A stretch of 64,000 bases of DNA from Felis catus (lineage: Eukaryota): assembly GCF_018350175.1 (NCBI RefSeq), contig NC_058383.1, positions 6,698,001 to 6,762,000 of the forward strand, written 5' to 3'. Position 1 is the first letter of the stretch. Every line of letters begins with the position of its first letter. The notes beneath the pieces are model-generated. The model saw only the letters and a program-made list of their open reading frames with translations. It was not told the origin of the DNA and made no database searches. A program made the translations under genes and the position numbers. Shown in pieces: positions 11,904-24,335 of the stretch.

Positions 11904-12979
11904 TCAAAACGGTGGGACTTTATTTCTATGGATCCTTTGGTGTCGGATAAGGTGTGGACTCTGTCTAAAGCTTTCCCCGCATTCAAGACATTTGTAAGGT
12001 TTTTCTCCAGTGTGAGTCCTCTGGTGCGTAATGAGGGTTGCACTCTGGCTGAAGCGTTTCCCACACACAGAACACCCGTACGGCTTCTCCCCAGTGTGGA
12101 TCCTCTGGTGTTTAGAGAGGTCTGAGCACCGTTTGAAGCTCTTCTCACACTCCTCACACGTGTAGGGTCTCTCCCCTTTGTGAATTCTCTGATGTCTAAA
12201 ACGGTTGGAAATACGGCAGGTCTCCCCGCATTCGTGACACTCGAAGTGTTTCTCTCCTATGTGGATCCTCTGGTGCCGGGTGAGATGGGAGCTCTGCCGG
12301 AAGCTGTCCCCACACTTAGGGCAGGTGTAGGGCTTTTCGCCCGTGTGTGTCCTCTGGTGTTTGATCAGGGCAGCGCTCTGACTGAAGCGCTTCCCGCACT
12401 CCTGGCATTGGTAGGGTTTCTCCCCCGTGTGGATTCTCTGGTGTTTAAAAAGATCAGAACGCTGTTTGAAACTCTTCTCACAGTTCCCGCATTTATACGG
12501 CCTTTCTTCACGGAAGTGTCGCTGGGTCTTAAAGAGGTCTGCACTGTGGAGCTGTTCCTCGCTGTCAAAGGAGCGGGGAGGTTTCACTGTGTGATGCTTT
12601 ACCGGCTCTGAACTCTGCGTACAACTGTCCCCCAGGTCATTGTGGTCAACGGGCCTCCCTGTGGCCTGCACGTGCTGACAAAGAACAGAGTTTGAACTTC
12701 TGGCCCTGTTCCCAAGTTGGTCATGTCTGAAGTCTCCCTCCTCCGTGGGACCATTCTTGAGATCTGCGGTGCGGGGGAGTCCTTTCTCTTCAGGAGAATT
12801 TTCCAGTTTCAATGATGAGGGATTTCTTGACTGCTTTTCTACCCCTATATCACCAGTGTCACTACATCCAGGGGGAGCCTTCCTGTGGTACCCTTCTTGT
12901 AGCTGCCCCTGCGGCTCTACTTCTTCTAAAATTTCTTGTTTTGGAATAAAGTCTTTGTTCTCGGTTCTGGTTTCCAAAC
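11904..12979 (-). CDS. ZNF394: ZNF394 exon 3: spacer and 7 C2H2 fingers (4th atypical)
   Basis: Acceptor TTTCAG ends at 12980 on the minus strand. (S)[19 protein letters not shown]...[12 protein letters not shown]. Fingers KQRSDLF, SQSAAL and CGETC.ISN match recalled human ZNF394/ZKSCAN14. Confidence 0.92.
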
Positions 12980-13004
12980 CTGAAACATTCAAAAATAAAA
13001 AGAA

Positions 13005-13901
13005 GGAGGCAAACCGTAAGAGACTCTTTTTATATATATAATTTATTGTCAGATTGGTTTCCATACAACACCCAGTGCTCATCCCAACAGGTGCCCTCCT
13101 CTATGCCCATCACCCACTTTCCCCTCCCCACCCCCATCAGTCGTCAGTTTGTTCTCAGTATTTAAGAGTCTTCTATGGTTTGCCTCCTTCCCTCTCTGTA
13201 ATTTTTCCCCCTTCCCCTCCCCCCTACTCTTCTGTTAAGTTTCTCAGGATCCACATATGAGTGAAAACATACACTATCTGTCCTTCTCCGCCTGACTTAT
13301 TTCACTTAGCATAACACTCTCCAGTTCCAGCCATGTTGCTACAAATGGCCAGATTTCATTCTTTCTCATTGCCAAGTAGTATTCCATTGTATATATAAAC
13401 CACATCTTCTTTATCCATTCGTCAGTTGATGGACATTTAGACTCTCTCCATAATTTGGCTATTGTTGAAAGTGCTGCTATAAACATTGGAGTACCAGTGC
13501 CCCTATGCATCAGCACCCCTGTATCCCTTGGGTAAATTCCTAGCAGTGCTATTGCTGGTCATAGGGTAGATCTATTTTTAATTTTTTGAGGAACCGCCAC
13601 ACTGTTTTCCAGAGCGGCTGCACCAGTTTGCATTCCCACCAACCACCAAGAGGGTTCCCGTTTCTCCACATCTTCGAAGAGACTCTTAAATAGATAGCAA
13701 ACTGAGGGTAGCTGGAGGGGAGGTGGGTGGGGGGATGGGCTAAATGGGGGATGGGCATTAAGGAGGGCACTTGTTATGATGAGCACCGGGTGTCATATGT
13801 AAGGGATGAATCACTAAATTCTAGTCCTGAAACCATTTTTACGCTATATGTTAAAGAACTTGAATTTAAATACAATAAAAGAAAAAAAAAGAAAGAAAAA
13901 A
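13005..13901. mobile_element. Nested L1s: older L1 3'UTR fragment (+; 13005-13028 and 13677-13901) split by a younger L1 3' end (-; 13029-13676)
   Basis: TSD AAGAGACTCTT at 13018-13028 and 13677-13687. Rejoining restores GGAGGCAAACCGTAAGAGACTCTTAAATAG...AAACTGAGGGT, the same L1 3'UTR motif seen at ~27466-27490. Inner ORFs encode L1 ORF2 C-terminal motifs. Confidence 0.88.
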
Positions 13902-16514
13902 GGGTGACATTTCATGCTGGTGCAAGAGTAAAATAAGCAAGTGCCTGCAAAAAAATAAGCACCCTCCCAAACCTTTTTAACATTCTCCATGAACCACTCC
14001 TCAAGATAAGTGATTTTATTTTTTTTAATTGTAATGTTTATTTATTTTTGAGAGAGGGAGAAAGAGCGAGAGCAGGGAGGGGCAGAGAGAGAGGGAGACA
14101 CAGAATCTGAAACAGGCTCCAGGCTCTGAGCTGTCCGCAGAAAGCCTGACGTGGAGCTCAAACTCACAGACCGCGAGATCATGACCTGAGCCGAAGCCAG
14201 ACCCTTAACCAACTGAGCCACCCAGGAGCCCTTCAAGTTAAATGATTTTAATTAACCTGCCAAATGTATTCATATTTACCTGTACAAACCCCATTCTTTC
14301 CTTTTACACTTGTGCCTATACCCACACACCCATCTCTTTCCCTCTTCCCCACTCCACCATTGCAGAAGACACAATATCAGGAAGGGGTGTCAAGAAGGGC
14401 ACGATAGCCTGTACCCCATGAATGGAGGATGGTTTAACAAGAGAAATTGTATTCATGTGATAGGTTATAGTAACAGACACACCCCATGCCTCCGATGTCT
14501 GGAGGTGGGGTCTGGGTGGGAGATAAATCTAGGACTGACTACAAGTCTTTATATAAAGGAGCAGTTAAGCCACCAGATTCCACCCCAAATCCAGAATTTT
14601 TGCAGTTTACTCCCCAGGGAGACTGAACCACATAAATTCTGGACTGGGGACACCAGGTACAGCTGAGAACAGGGGACAGGGACCACTTTCACATCAGGAG
14701 AATCAAGTGAAAACAGACACACAATTGGTAGAACCTCAGTGCTGTTCTCTGCTCACGTCCCAAACCATGAGCTCCAAGAAAGGGCGGGGATTTTTGTGAC
14801 AGGGGATTCATAGGTTTTGTTCCCTAATGCGTCCCCAGCACTTAGAATAGCACCTGGCTGGGGTGCCTGGGTGGCTCAGTCAGTTAAGCGTCTGACTCCA
14901 GCTCAGGTCGTGATCTCGAGGTTTGTGGGTTCAAGCCCAGCGTTGGGCTTTGTGCTGACAGCTCGCTCAGAGCCTGGAGCCTGCTTCGGATTCTGTGTCT
15001 CCCTCTCTCTCTGCCCCTCCTCCACTCATGCTCTGTCTCTCTCACTCTCAAAAATCAATAAACATTAAAAAAAAAATTTTTTTTTAATTTCTCAGAATTC
15101 AAAGTGTGGGTGTCTATGTTACAAGGGCCCACCTACTACTCAACAATGAATGCAAAAAAACAAAAACAAAAAACAAAAAAAACACCCTCCTTCACACTAA
15201 GCTGCACCCATTCTGAAACTTCATACTAGCAGGAATAAAGAAGAGAGCCTAAAGGCTTTCGAACAAACAGATCACACACCAAGGATAAACTATCACAATG
15301 GCATCCAATTTCTCAGTAGCAACATGGCAAGCTAACTAGAAAATTCAGTCTTCAAAATTCAATGGTAAAATCATTTCTAATGGGGAATCTGGCCATCCCA
15401 TGATCTGGATGTAGGAGAGGAATAGAGACATTTTCAGGCAAACTTCCAAAAAATTAAGCTCCCAAGAATATGTTCTCTGGAAGATACTGGAAGATGTTCT
15501 CCATCAAATCGAAGGGGGTAAACGTAGGAAGAGAATGGTGTGGGGTCCAGGAAAGAGAAAAGGAATTCCAGAGTGATAGTCAAAGAAAGTTCTTAGGACG
15601 ATAGCCATGTGGCAGGCCTGGAGAGAAGCCCATTCACACTGGAGCAGAAGTTTCTAGAGGCTTCCGCCAAGGGGACTATGAAACTGATGGCATATCTGAT
15701 ACATTTGAACATACAGTTTTACATTTCTAACAGGGAGACTGTAGGTAGACTGGTGTTCAATAGGTAGAAAAGCAGCACGTGCAAAATGAGGCATTATTAA
15801 TTCCAGAGAAAATTAGAAGTTGTAAAATAAAAGACATGTAATCATACAGGTTACAGGTAGTATTTACATGGGTAGGATATTGAAATATTGTATCAATATG
15901 CAAAAGAACTGATTTAACTATAATGAGAGAATTACAGACTGTTAAATGTGTGCATGGTCCCGTCTCCCTCAGGAGACAGTCAAGAGGTAGTACCTGAAAT
16001 CGGGGGAAAATTAGCAGAATAAGCATCCTACTTAGGAATAGGAAAATACCAGTGAAAAACACAAAAAAGATATTAAAGTTGCCTCTGCAAAGATGGAATC
16101 AAGATTGAGAAGGGCCTTGTATTTTCCAAAGGTTGGAAAAACACAAACCATAAAGTAAAAGATCAAAAAACCTGACTATAGTTGACACTTGAACAAGGGT
16201 TTGACCTGTGAAGGCCCAGTCACGCGCAGAATTTTTTAGTAAAGTTGGTCCAGCACTGTAAAAGTATTTTCCCTTCCTTACAATTTGAATAACATTTTCT
16301 TTTTTCTAGCTTACTTTATAGTAAAATAACAAAGAGTTAATACAGAAAATATAAAGAACTGCCACAAAGCAATAAAAAAAAATGGAGGAAAGGAAGGGAG
16401 ATAGGATACAGACAATTCACAGAATGCCTCCCCCACCCCCACCCCCCAAAAAAAAAAATCTAAAAGATTTAACCCAGAACCAATCAGGGAAATGTAAGTT
16501 AAAACAACAAGATG

Positions 16515-17340
16515 CTATTCATTCATTAACCCAACTAGTATTTATTGAGTACCTGCCAAGCACTATCTGTTCCAACTGCTTGGGATATATTAGAACCAAA
16601 CAAAAACCCCTCCCCTTGTGGAGTTTACATTCTAGAAGAGGTGGTCAGACAAGAGATAAACAGAAAGTAAACTCTATAGGACGTCAGAGGGTGATGAATG
16701 CTGTGGACCAAGTTGAGGAAGGTAAGGGATGGGACAGTAGTGTGGGAGGAGGGGACAGTGGAAAGGCAAACTGCACTAATAAACATGATAGTCAGGTCAG
16801 GCCTCTCTGAAAAGTGAGATCTGAGCACAGACTGGAGACAAGTCAAGGAGTTTGCTTAGTGGAGATCTGAAGGAAGAATGTTCCAGGAAGAGGGGCGCTC
16901 AGGTGGCTCAGTTGGTTAAACGTCCAACTCTTGGTTTCAGCTCAGGTCATGATCTCACAGTTCGTGGGTTCAAGCCCCACATCGAGCTCTGCACTGACCA
17001 TGTGGAGCCCACTTTGGGTCCTCTGTAGCCCTCTCTCTCTGCTCCTTCCCCTCTCACACTGTCTCTCTCTCTCAAAAATAAATAAATATATATAAAAAAA
17101 GAATATTCCAGGTGGAAGGATCAAATAAAGCGAAGAACAGGAGGCAGGATGCCTGCCATGGTCAAGGAACAGCGAGGTCAGTGGGGCTGAAGCACAATGA
17201 GTGAGGGGCAGCGTAGGAGAGGGGTGTGCAGGGTGACAGGGCCTTGTCACATTAGGCAACACAGGCTTTTCCTTTGCATGAAATAGAGAGCCACTGCAGG
17301 GTCTGAGCAGAGGCGTGACGTAACATTTTAAAAGGAACAC
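16515..17340 (-). mobile_element. L2 (LINE2) 3' fragment interrupted by a Can-SINE (~16892-17100)
   Basis: ATTCATTCATT...TATTTATTGAGTACCT...GTGGAGTTTACATTCTAG...GAGCCACTGCAGGG..TGAGCAGAGG are characteristic L2 3' motifs. Confidence 0.65.
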
Positions 17341-18327
17341 GTGAGCTACCGTGTTGTGACATCACGCCATCAGCCAGGCACCAAATGTCAGTAAGGATGT
17401 AGAGAAAGAAGAATTCTCATGTATTTCTGGTAGGAGTACAAACTGGTTGCACTCCTTCCTTCTGAACAGTAAGATGGGCAAACACGCCTAAGTCTATTCT
17501 CTATAGTTCCTATATATGTTCCTATATATGAACACAGAAGGATTCAAGTATGTTCGAGGCAATGCTATTTGTAACAGTGAAAAACTAGAAGCCTTGATGT
17601 CCACTGATGGAGGACAGTAGATAAATGAATTTTGGACAAGTCATACAATGAAAGATATAAGTGTTAAAATGAGTGGACACATGTGCCAACATGGATAAAT
17701 CCCAAAAATGTAATGGGGAAAAAAAAGAAAGGCAAGGTGCAAAAGAATCATACAGCAATATAATTTATACAGCATCAAAACATTTAAAAATACTATATAT
17801 GTTTACAAGTATATGTATTTCTGTTCATATACAGTTTATATACACATTTTTGCATATAGAAAGTACACACGTAATGTGCACATGTAGCTACATGTACATG
17901 TAGAAAACATAAAACATGCATGGAAATAAGTACCAGAATCAGGATACTGGTTACCTCTGAAGAAAGAGTGAGGGGAACAGCTTCAGGGAGGGTATCCAGA
18001 GTTTCATCTATAGTTGTTACATTTTTTTCTCAGCGGGGGGGGGGGGGGGGGGGGGGCGGGAAGGGAGGGAGAATGAAGCCATTGGGGCCAAATATTAAAA
18101 TATGATAAACCTGGGTGGTAGATATAAGGTGCCTGTTATATTTTTTATATTTTTCTGTATGCATTTTATTTAAAATGAACCAAAATAAAAAGCTGAATCT
18201 CTCACCTAACAATACAGAACAGCAAGGTCCCAGTGGGGTCACAAAAGACACTCCATGGCTCTCAACATGGGTGTGTGACTGGCTCAGAGACAGATCACAC
18301 ACAGCTAGAAACAAAGCCAGCACTTAC

Positions 18328-18463
18328 TCGGCGAGACCAGTGAGACCGAGGTCCTATGATCCTCCTGTGCGCTCTCCCAGCAGAACTCCCTCGGAGCTGG
18401 GTCCAGAGGCTCCCACTCCTCACAGTTTAGAGACACAGCCACATTCTCAATCTTCACCAACTC
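18328..18463 (-). CDS. ZNF394: ZNF394 exon 2: divergent KRAB-A box
   Basis: TTTCAG acceptor (ends 18464) and A|GTAAGT donor (18327). 136 nt, phase 0-1: ELVKIENVAVSLNCEEWEPLDPAPREFCWESAQEDHRTSVSLVSP. Frame fits exons 1 and 3. Confidence 0.85.
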
Positions 18464-19589
18464 CTGAAACAACACAAGACCTCCACTCAGCACCTGCTGT
18501 CCCAGGACAGCATAAGTGACTGTTAATCTCAGGATGAGGCCAGACTCCGGAGGAGTCTGCAAACCCTGAGCAGGAAGCCCTGGGAATCAAGTAATAACCA
18601 TGGCTGTCGAGTCTGTTCCAGTGAGTGTTGTACTAACTGGAGTTTCAGAGTAACAAAGACAGAGGCTGAAATTCTCTTGCAATCCTGAAAAACCTTTCTT
18701 TCCGTGGACTATCCACACTAATTTGGGGTAAGAGCAAAATCTTCATTTGAGTTATATCACTGTGATTTATCAAAATGGAAATCGGATACAGATTAAAAAT
18801 GTACAGGTAACCAGAAAGTGCCAAATTCCAGTGCTGGCTGTGAGATACGGTTACCTCGTGCGTGAAATGGACATAAATTTAAGAAGATGAAGGTACCTCC
18901 CTGACAGAGGATGCTCAGTAAAATCTACTTTCCCTTCCCTTGAACATTGCACAATAAGATAATTATCTGGCAAGATGACATTTTGAGATAACTTATTTAA
19001 ATGGAAGTTGACCATTCACAGAAGGTAAAGCCACAGTTCTTAGAAAGGGAAGGTTCTAACATTGGTGTGCGAACATGTTTGTCTAGTGATGGGTCACAAA
19101 TTGACTTCAAGGATCTCTCACTAAATGACAGGAAAGGGAAATACATTTAAAATTTTTCTGTATGTTAAAAATCTGTCTAGGGAGACTGCCCCTCCCAGGG
19201 CTAGCCAATTCTTAGAGCAAAGGGCTCAGCCAAGACTGCTCATCTCAAGCAATACCTCCTCTACCTGGCATATACACTCCAGGATGCCACATTACTCTGC
19301 CTTAATCATCCTAGGGCCAGGTTTCAGGGCAACTGGGGACCAGCCCTATAGGTTAGAGCATGCTGAAATTATCCAGACCAACCAATCTTAAACAGATCCC
19401 CCTGCCCTGTGTGTTTCCTTGGGAAACCTCAGTAGAGGCGCTGGCCTAAACCTTCCCCTTGCTCCAGTCTTCTGCCTCCTGACCTCCCCTGGTGTCCTTC
19501 CCAGGAAGTCCTGAGTGTTGTGCTGTACCTCCTATTTCTAAATCTGAGTATAATAACATTTGTTTTTTTAACTGAGCCTCTCCTCTGCT

Positions 19590-20240
19590 TCCTGGTAAAG
19601 GAAAAAAAAAAATCACACTTCTGTGTGTCTCTTCTACTGTCAATACTCTGAATACTTTCACTACAATACTTCTTCACTTCTAACACCACATATAGGGCTT
19701 TTCCACACATCAAATAATTCTGTGATACCAGCTAGGTGTCTTCAAGTGTAACTCAATTCTGACACTATCTACCTGGATACAGTCAGATCCCACAGGTAAA
19801 GGGCTTGGTCCCACAAGACCACTCACCCCTCCCAACTTTGGAAGCCAACCTCAAGTAGTAGGTCTCCAGGTTACCCACAATTTCTGTCCGACTTGGCCAC
19901 AAATTAAAGGTTCCTATGACCTCCCCCTACCGATTAAATTCTTTGCTTGAACAGCTCACAGTACTGATGGAGAAACACTTAGGTTTACCAGTTTATTACA
20001 AAAAGGTATGATAAAGGATACAGTAAACAGCAAAATGGAGAGACACACAATGAGGTCTGGGAGGGTCCTGAGTACAGGAGCTTCTGTCCCATAGAGTTGG
20101 AGTTTGCCACTTTCCAGGTATATGGATGTGTTCACCAATTGGAAGCTGTCTGAATCTCACACTATTGGGATTTTTATGGAGGTTTCATCACACAGGCATG
20201 ATTAGTTACCTCCATTACAGCCCCACTCCACTCTCCCAGG
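19590..20240. mobile_element. ERV LTR, MER21-like; a second LTR-like fragment at ~19200-19570
   Basis: CAATTCTGACACTATCTACCTGGA...CAGATCCCACAGGTAAAGGGCT..GTCCCACAAGAC...TTTTTATGGAGGTTTCATCAC recalled as the MER21 family. Subfamily uncertain. Confidence 0.6.
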
Positions 20241-20617
20241 TACCATTATCAATTGTAGGAGGGGGTCGCCAAACTGTTAAAAAGCAAAAAGGGAACCTCA
20301 CATTCAAAGTGCTCAGTTATTGCTAAGTAACGACATGAAGCCACTTTCCATCCTGACACCTTTCTTCCGCAAATAATCTAGTTACACAAGAGGCGGTCTT
20401 ACAATGGGTAAACAATACTCCCACGTTGGTTTTGTGCTCAGAAGTCTATTAACTCAAAGATCATTTCCTGGATAGATTTATTTGTCACTACAGAAAGAAA
20501 GTTTCATGTACACCCTGAAGTTCAAAAATGTAGCAAGGAAAACAGGCCTGAAACTCTTAGCATCCCGTGTACCTCTGTTCCTCACACCCCTACCACCAGA
20601 ACACTTTCACTCTTCAC

Positions 20618-21070
20618 CTGGGGTGAGGCCCCATCAAGCGCTCTCTGAAAAGCGCGCACCACGGCCGCAGCTTTCTCCCCGCTCTGCGGGCAGTGCTTCC
20701 GCACCCAGGCCTGGAGCTCCTGGGGCAGGATGCTCAGGAACTGCTCCAGCACCAGCAGCTCCAGGATCTGCTCCTTCGTATGCATCTCAGGCCTCAGCCA
20801 CCGGCGACAAAGTTCCCTGAGCCGGCTTAGCGCCTCTTCGGGTCCAGCCACCTCCTGGTAACGGAACCGCCTAAACTGCTGCCGCGACTTTTCGGAATCC
20901 TGACAGTCCGCGGGCAGGTCCGACTCCTGACCTCCGGGTGAGTCTTCCTCCACTTTCACTATCAAAAGTCCATCACGCAGAGACGGCGCGGCGACCCTAG
21001 ACTTCTCAGCTGCCATCCAGGCTCCTGCCTCGGCGTCACTGACTTGACTCGCGGTCAAGCTCGAACTCAT
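20618..21070 (-). CDS. ZNF394: ZNF394 exon 1: N-terminal leader and SCAN domain
   Basis: ATG at 21070; CAG|GTGAAG donor after 20618 (453 nt, phase 0). SCAN consensus [47 protein letters not shown]. Spliced CDS is 453+136+1076 = 1665 nt, 554 aa. Confidence 0.93.
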
Positions 21071-21450
21071 CTTTCTCCAGCACGTGCTGACTTTTCCGGA
21101 GTTCTGCCTTCAAGTGATAAGACAGCAAACCCTGCAAAAAGCCACGGAACTCATCGGACCTTCCCAGAGCGGCGGGTCCCCACTGTCCCGTCTCAAGCGG
21201 GGCCCTATCCGGCCCGGCCCCCTCCGGTACTCCTCCTACCCGCAGTTAGTCCAACCACGACCCGCGGCGCTAGGTGACCAAAAATACGAATAAAACCTTG
21301 CCGGAAGTGCGTCACCGACTCCCTGCGGTGCCCACCCCCTCCCGGGCATTTCCGGAGCCTCTCTAGGCGCCCAGGAGGAGTGAGACCCATCTCGGTGGTT
21401 TGCCGTCCTGCCCCTTCCAGAGACGCTCTGGTGCGTGTGTACCGTTCTGG
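20640..21450 (-). promoter_or_regulatory. CpG island / ZNF394 promoter
   Basis: Strong CpG enrichment. ETS (GABPA/ELK-type) CCGGAAGTG at 21301-21309, directly followed by the half-CRE CGTCAC. Confidence 0.8.
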
Positions 21451-21515
21451 TGGAGCTTATAGTCGTTCAGCTTAACAGAACTAAATGACACTCTTATTTT
21501 ACAACTTGAATGTCA

Positions 21516-21741
21516 TTTTTTTTTTAATTTTTTTTTTCAACGTTTATTTATTTTTGGGACAGAGAGAGACAGAGCATGAACGGGGAAGGGGCAGAGAGAG
21601 AGGGAGACACAGAATCGGAAACAGGCTCCAGGCTCTGAGCCATCAGCCCAGAGCCTGACGCGGGGCTCGAACTCACAGACCGCGAGATCGTGACCTGGCT
21701 GAAGTCGGACGCTTAACCGACTGCGCCACCCAGGCGCCCCC
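21516..21741 (-). mobile_element. Young feline Can-SINE
   Basis: Nearly identical to the copy at 1190-1419. TSD TGAATGTCATTTTT starts at 21507 and at 21742. Confidence 0.92.
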
Positions 21742-23957
21742 TGAATGTCATTTTTTAAACACATCGTCTGTGAAAAAAGTTTTGTAACTTTAGTTGTAGG
21801 AAAAAGGTCCAACTATACGATGAGTGGTAAACGGTCATCTATCAATGTGGTATTTATGCAAGAAAGGTTTGTAGAGTTACCTGCAACATGCCAAGGCATC
21901 GTGCTCGACTCCATAGGTATTAAACTGAGTAGGAATAGTCTCTATCCTCAGGCTCCTAAGAGAGTTAGACACTTAAATCCTTACAGGACAGGGTGGTGAA
22001 TGTAACACTTTGGCATGTATGCACAGTACATTTGTATGACCCAGAGGTAGACATAATCAGCCATGGCTGATGGGGAGGGTATAGTGAAAGATTTCCCCAG
22101 GAGATTAAAACTTAAAATGTCCATGTGAGCTGAAGAAATGTTCTAATTAAAAAATAGTTTAGGGGCGCCTGGGTGGCTCAGTCGGTTAAGCGTCCGACTT
22201 CAGCTCAGGTCACGATCTCGCGGTCCGTGAGTTCGAGCTCCGCATCAGGCTCTGGGCTGATGGCTCAGAGCCTGGAGCCTGCTTCCCATTCTGTGTCCCC
22301 CTCTCTCTCTGCCCCTCCCCTGTTCATGCTCTGTCTCTCTCTGTCTCAAAAATAAATGTAAAAAAAAAAAAAATTAAAAAATAGTTTAGATAGGGGTGCC
22401 TTGGTGGCTCAGTCCGCGGACTCTTGATTTGGCTCACGTCATGACCTTGTAGTTCATGGGTTGGAGCCCTGAGTCAGGCTTATGCTGATGGTGTGGAGTC
22501 TGTTTGGGATTCTCTCTTTCTCTCTGTCCCCCCCCCCCCCCCACACACTCGCTCTCTCTCTCTCAAAATAAATAAACTTAAAAAAAGTTTTAAAAAAAGG
22601 TGTAGATAAGTTTATAGGCAACAAATCCCCAATAGATTAAATAAATTCCAATAAATCCCTCTGACATTAAGCTTTCCTATGCGCAGCTCCCTTGCAATGT
22701 CCTACACTCAGGCATCAAAGTTGCCAAGGACTTTGTCCTCTTCGAAGCTCAACCCTTCTGTTCTATCATTTACTCGCTCTCCCTCACTTTTGAATATCAG
22801 TATGGACACTGCTGCCACCTTCTCCCTCTTCTTTCCTATGCTTCGCTGGTTTCGATTATATCTGTGTTTGGCATCATATTGACTATATAAATAAAACACT
22901 TTCTAAAGAACTTGGAGGTAAAAACCGGCAAAATTAAAAAAAAAAATGTAGTATTTATTTTTGAGAGAGAGAGACAGAGCCTGAGCGGGGGTGGGGGCAG
23001 AGAGACAGGGAGACACAGAATCCCAAGCAGGCTCCAGGCTCTGAGCTGCCAGCACAGAGCCCTATGCGGGGCTCAAACTCATGAACTGTGAGATCATGAC
23101 CTGAGCTGAAGTCAGATGCTTAACCCACTGAACCACCCAGGCACCCCAGAACAGGGCAGAATTTTAAAGAAAGAGAAAAGCCAAAAGGCCAAACTCTCCA
23201 TAGTTCCTAGGAAAAAGTACTTTTCCCTGAGGAAGAAAAGGAAGGAGGTGATGGGCACAGTCTATGTGTGTACACCCATTTCTTCCTCACGGTTCCAGGG
23301 TCTTTGTGTTGTTTTCTTTTCATTAATATTTTTTAAATGTAAGAATATGAGATATCAAAAAAGGAACATAATGAGGAGAAATGAAGACAGAGATAATTGT
23401 TTGAGGTTGAGGCAGAAGAAATAGAAGGCAGCTTGCTCCCTGCCTTGAGTTCAAACAATACAAATTAGTTTCCTTTTATTATTGCTACAAGGACAAAGAC
23501 CAAAGAAAACAGCTGGTGTATAGAGTTGTAGAGAATTATTCATTGTAAACAGACTAATCAAGGGCTCTTACTGTAGACTGAGTTATGGAATGCAGAAACA
23601 GCTTTACAGCCTTGTTGAAAAGAGCTTGTCCTCATGAATGGAATTCCCTATAAGGAGTTTCACCCATAATCTGCATCATAAAACATGTTAATGTTCAGGG
23701 GTGCCTGGGTGGCTCAGTTGGTTAAGCATCAGACTCTTGATTTTAGCTCAGGTCATAATGTCACCATGTGGGGAGCCTGCTTGAGATTTTCATTCTCTCC
23801 CTCTCTCTGTCACTTCCCTGCACGCTCAAAAAAAGTTAATGTTCATTTCTAATGAAACTTCACCCTCTTCCTTAGTCATAAAAAATTTCCATGAAGCATT
23901 TATATCAGAAATTGGGTAGCATGATGACTTAATTTTCACCTCATCCAACAAAAGTTT

Positions 23958-24028
23958 TCTTTCTTTCCTTCCTTCCTTCCTTCCTTCCTTCCTTCCTTCC
24001 TTCCTTCCTTCCTTCCTCTCTTTCTTTT

Positions 24029-24097
<69 letters not shown>

Positions 24098-24118
24098 TTT
24101 CTTCTTTTCCTTTTTTTT
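23958..24118. repeat. Compound (TTCC)n(TTTC)n microsatellite
   Basis: Direct reading; long polypyrimidine tract. Confidence 0.95.
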
Positions 24119-24174
24119 ATCTTTTCTGCTATGGCACCAAGTCACACACCCACAGGTGACAGGGTTACATGAGG

Positions 24175-24335
24175 CCTTGTTTCTCCAAGCATGGAGACAG
24201 CACTGGCACTGGCACTTCTGGGAAGCTTGTTAGAAATGCAGAATTTCAAGCCTTGCTCCAGACCTACTGAATCAGAATCTGTATTTTGGAAAGATCCACA
24301 GGTAATTTGTGTACACACGAATTGAAAAGCAGCAA
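24175..24335. mobile_element. MER5A-like hAT-Charlie MITE
   Basis: CTTGTTAGAAATGCAGAAT...CCAGACCTACTGAATCAGAATCTG core. Confidence 0.75.

Noticed and set aside
12980..13082. N-terminal extension [11 protein letters not shown]... of the 392-aa ORF
   Set aside because: Intronic and L1-derived sequence upstream of the true acceptor at 12980.
13029..13901. Twin-priming 5' inversion of a single L1
   Set aside because: Both pieces are 3' ends with their own tails, and the inner one has its own TSD: two separate insertions.
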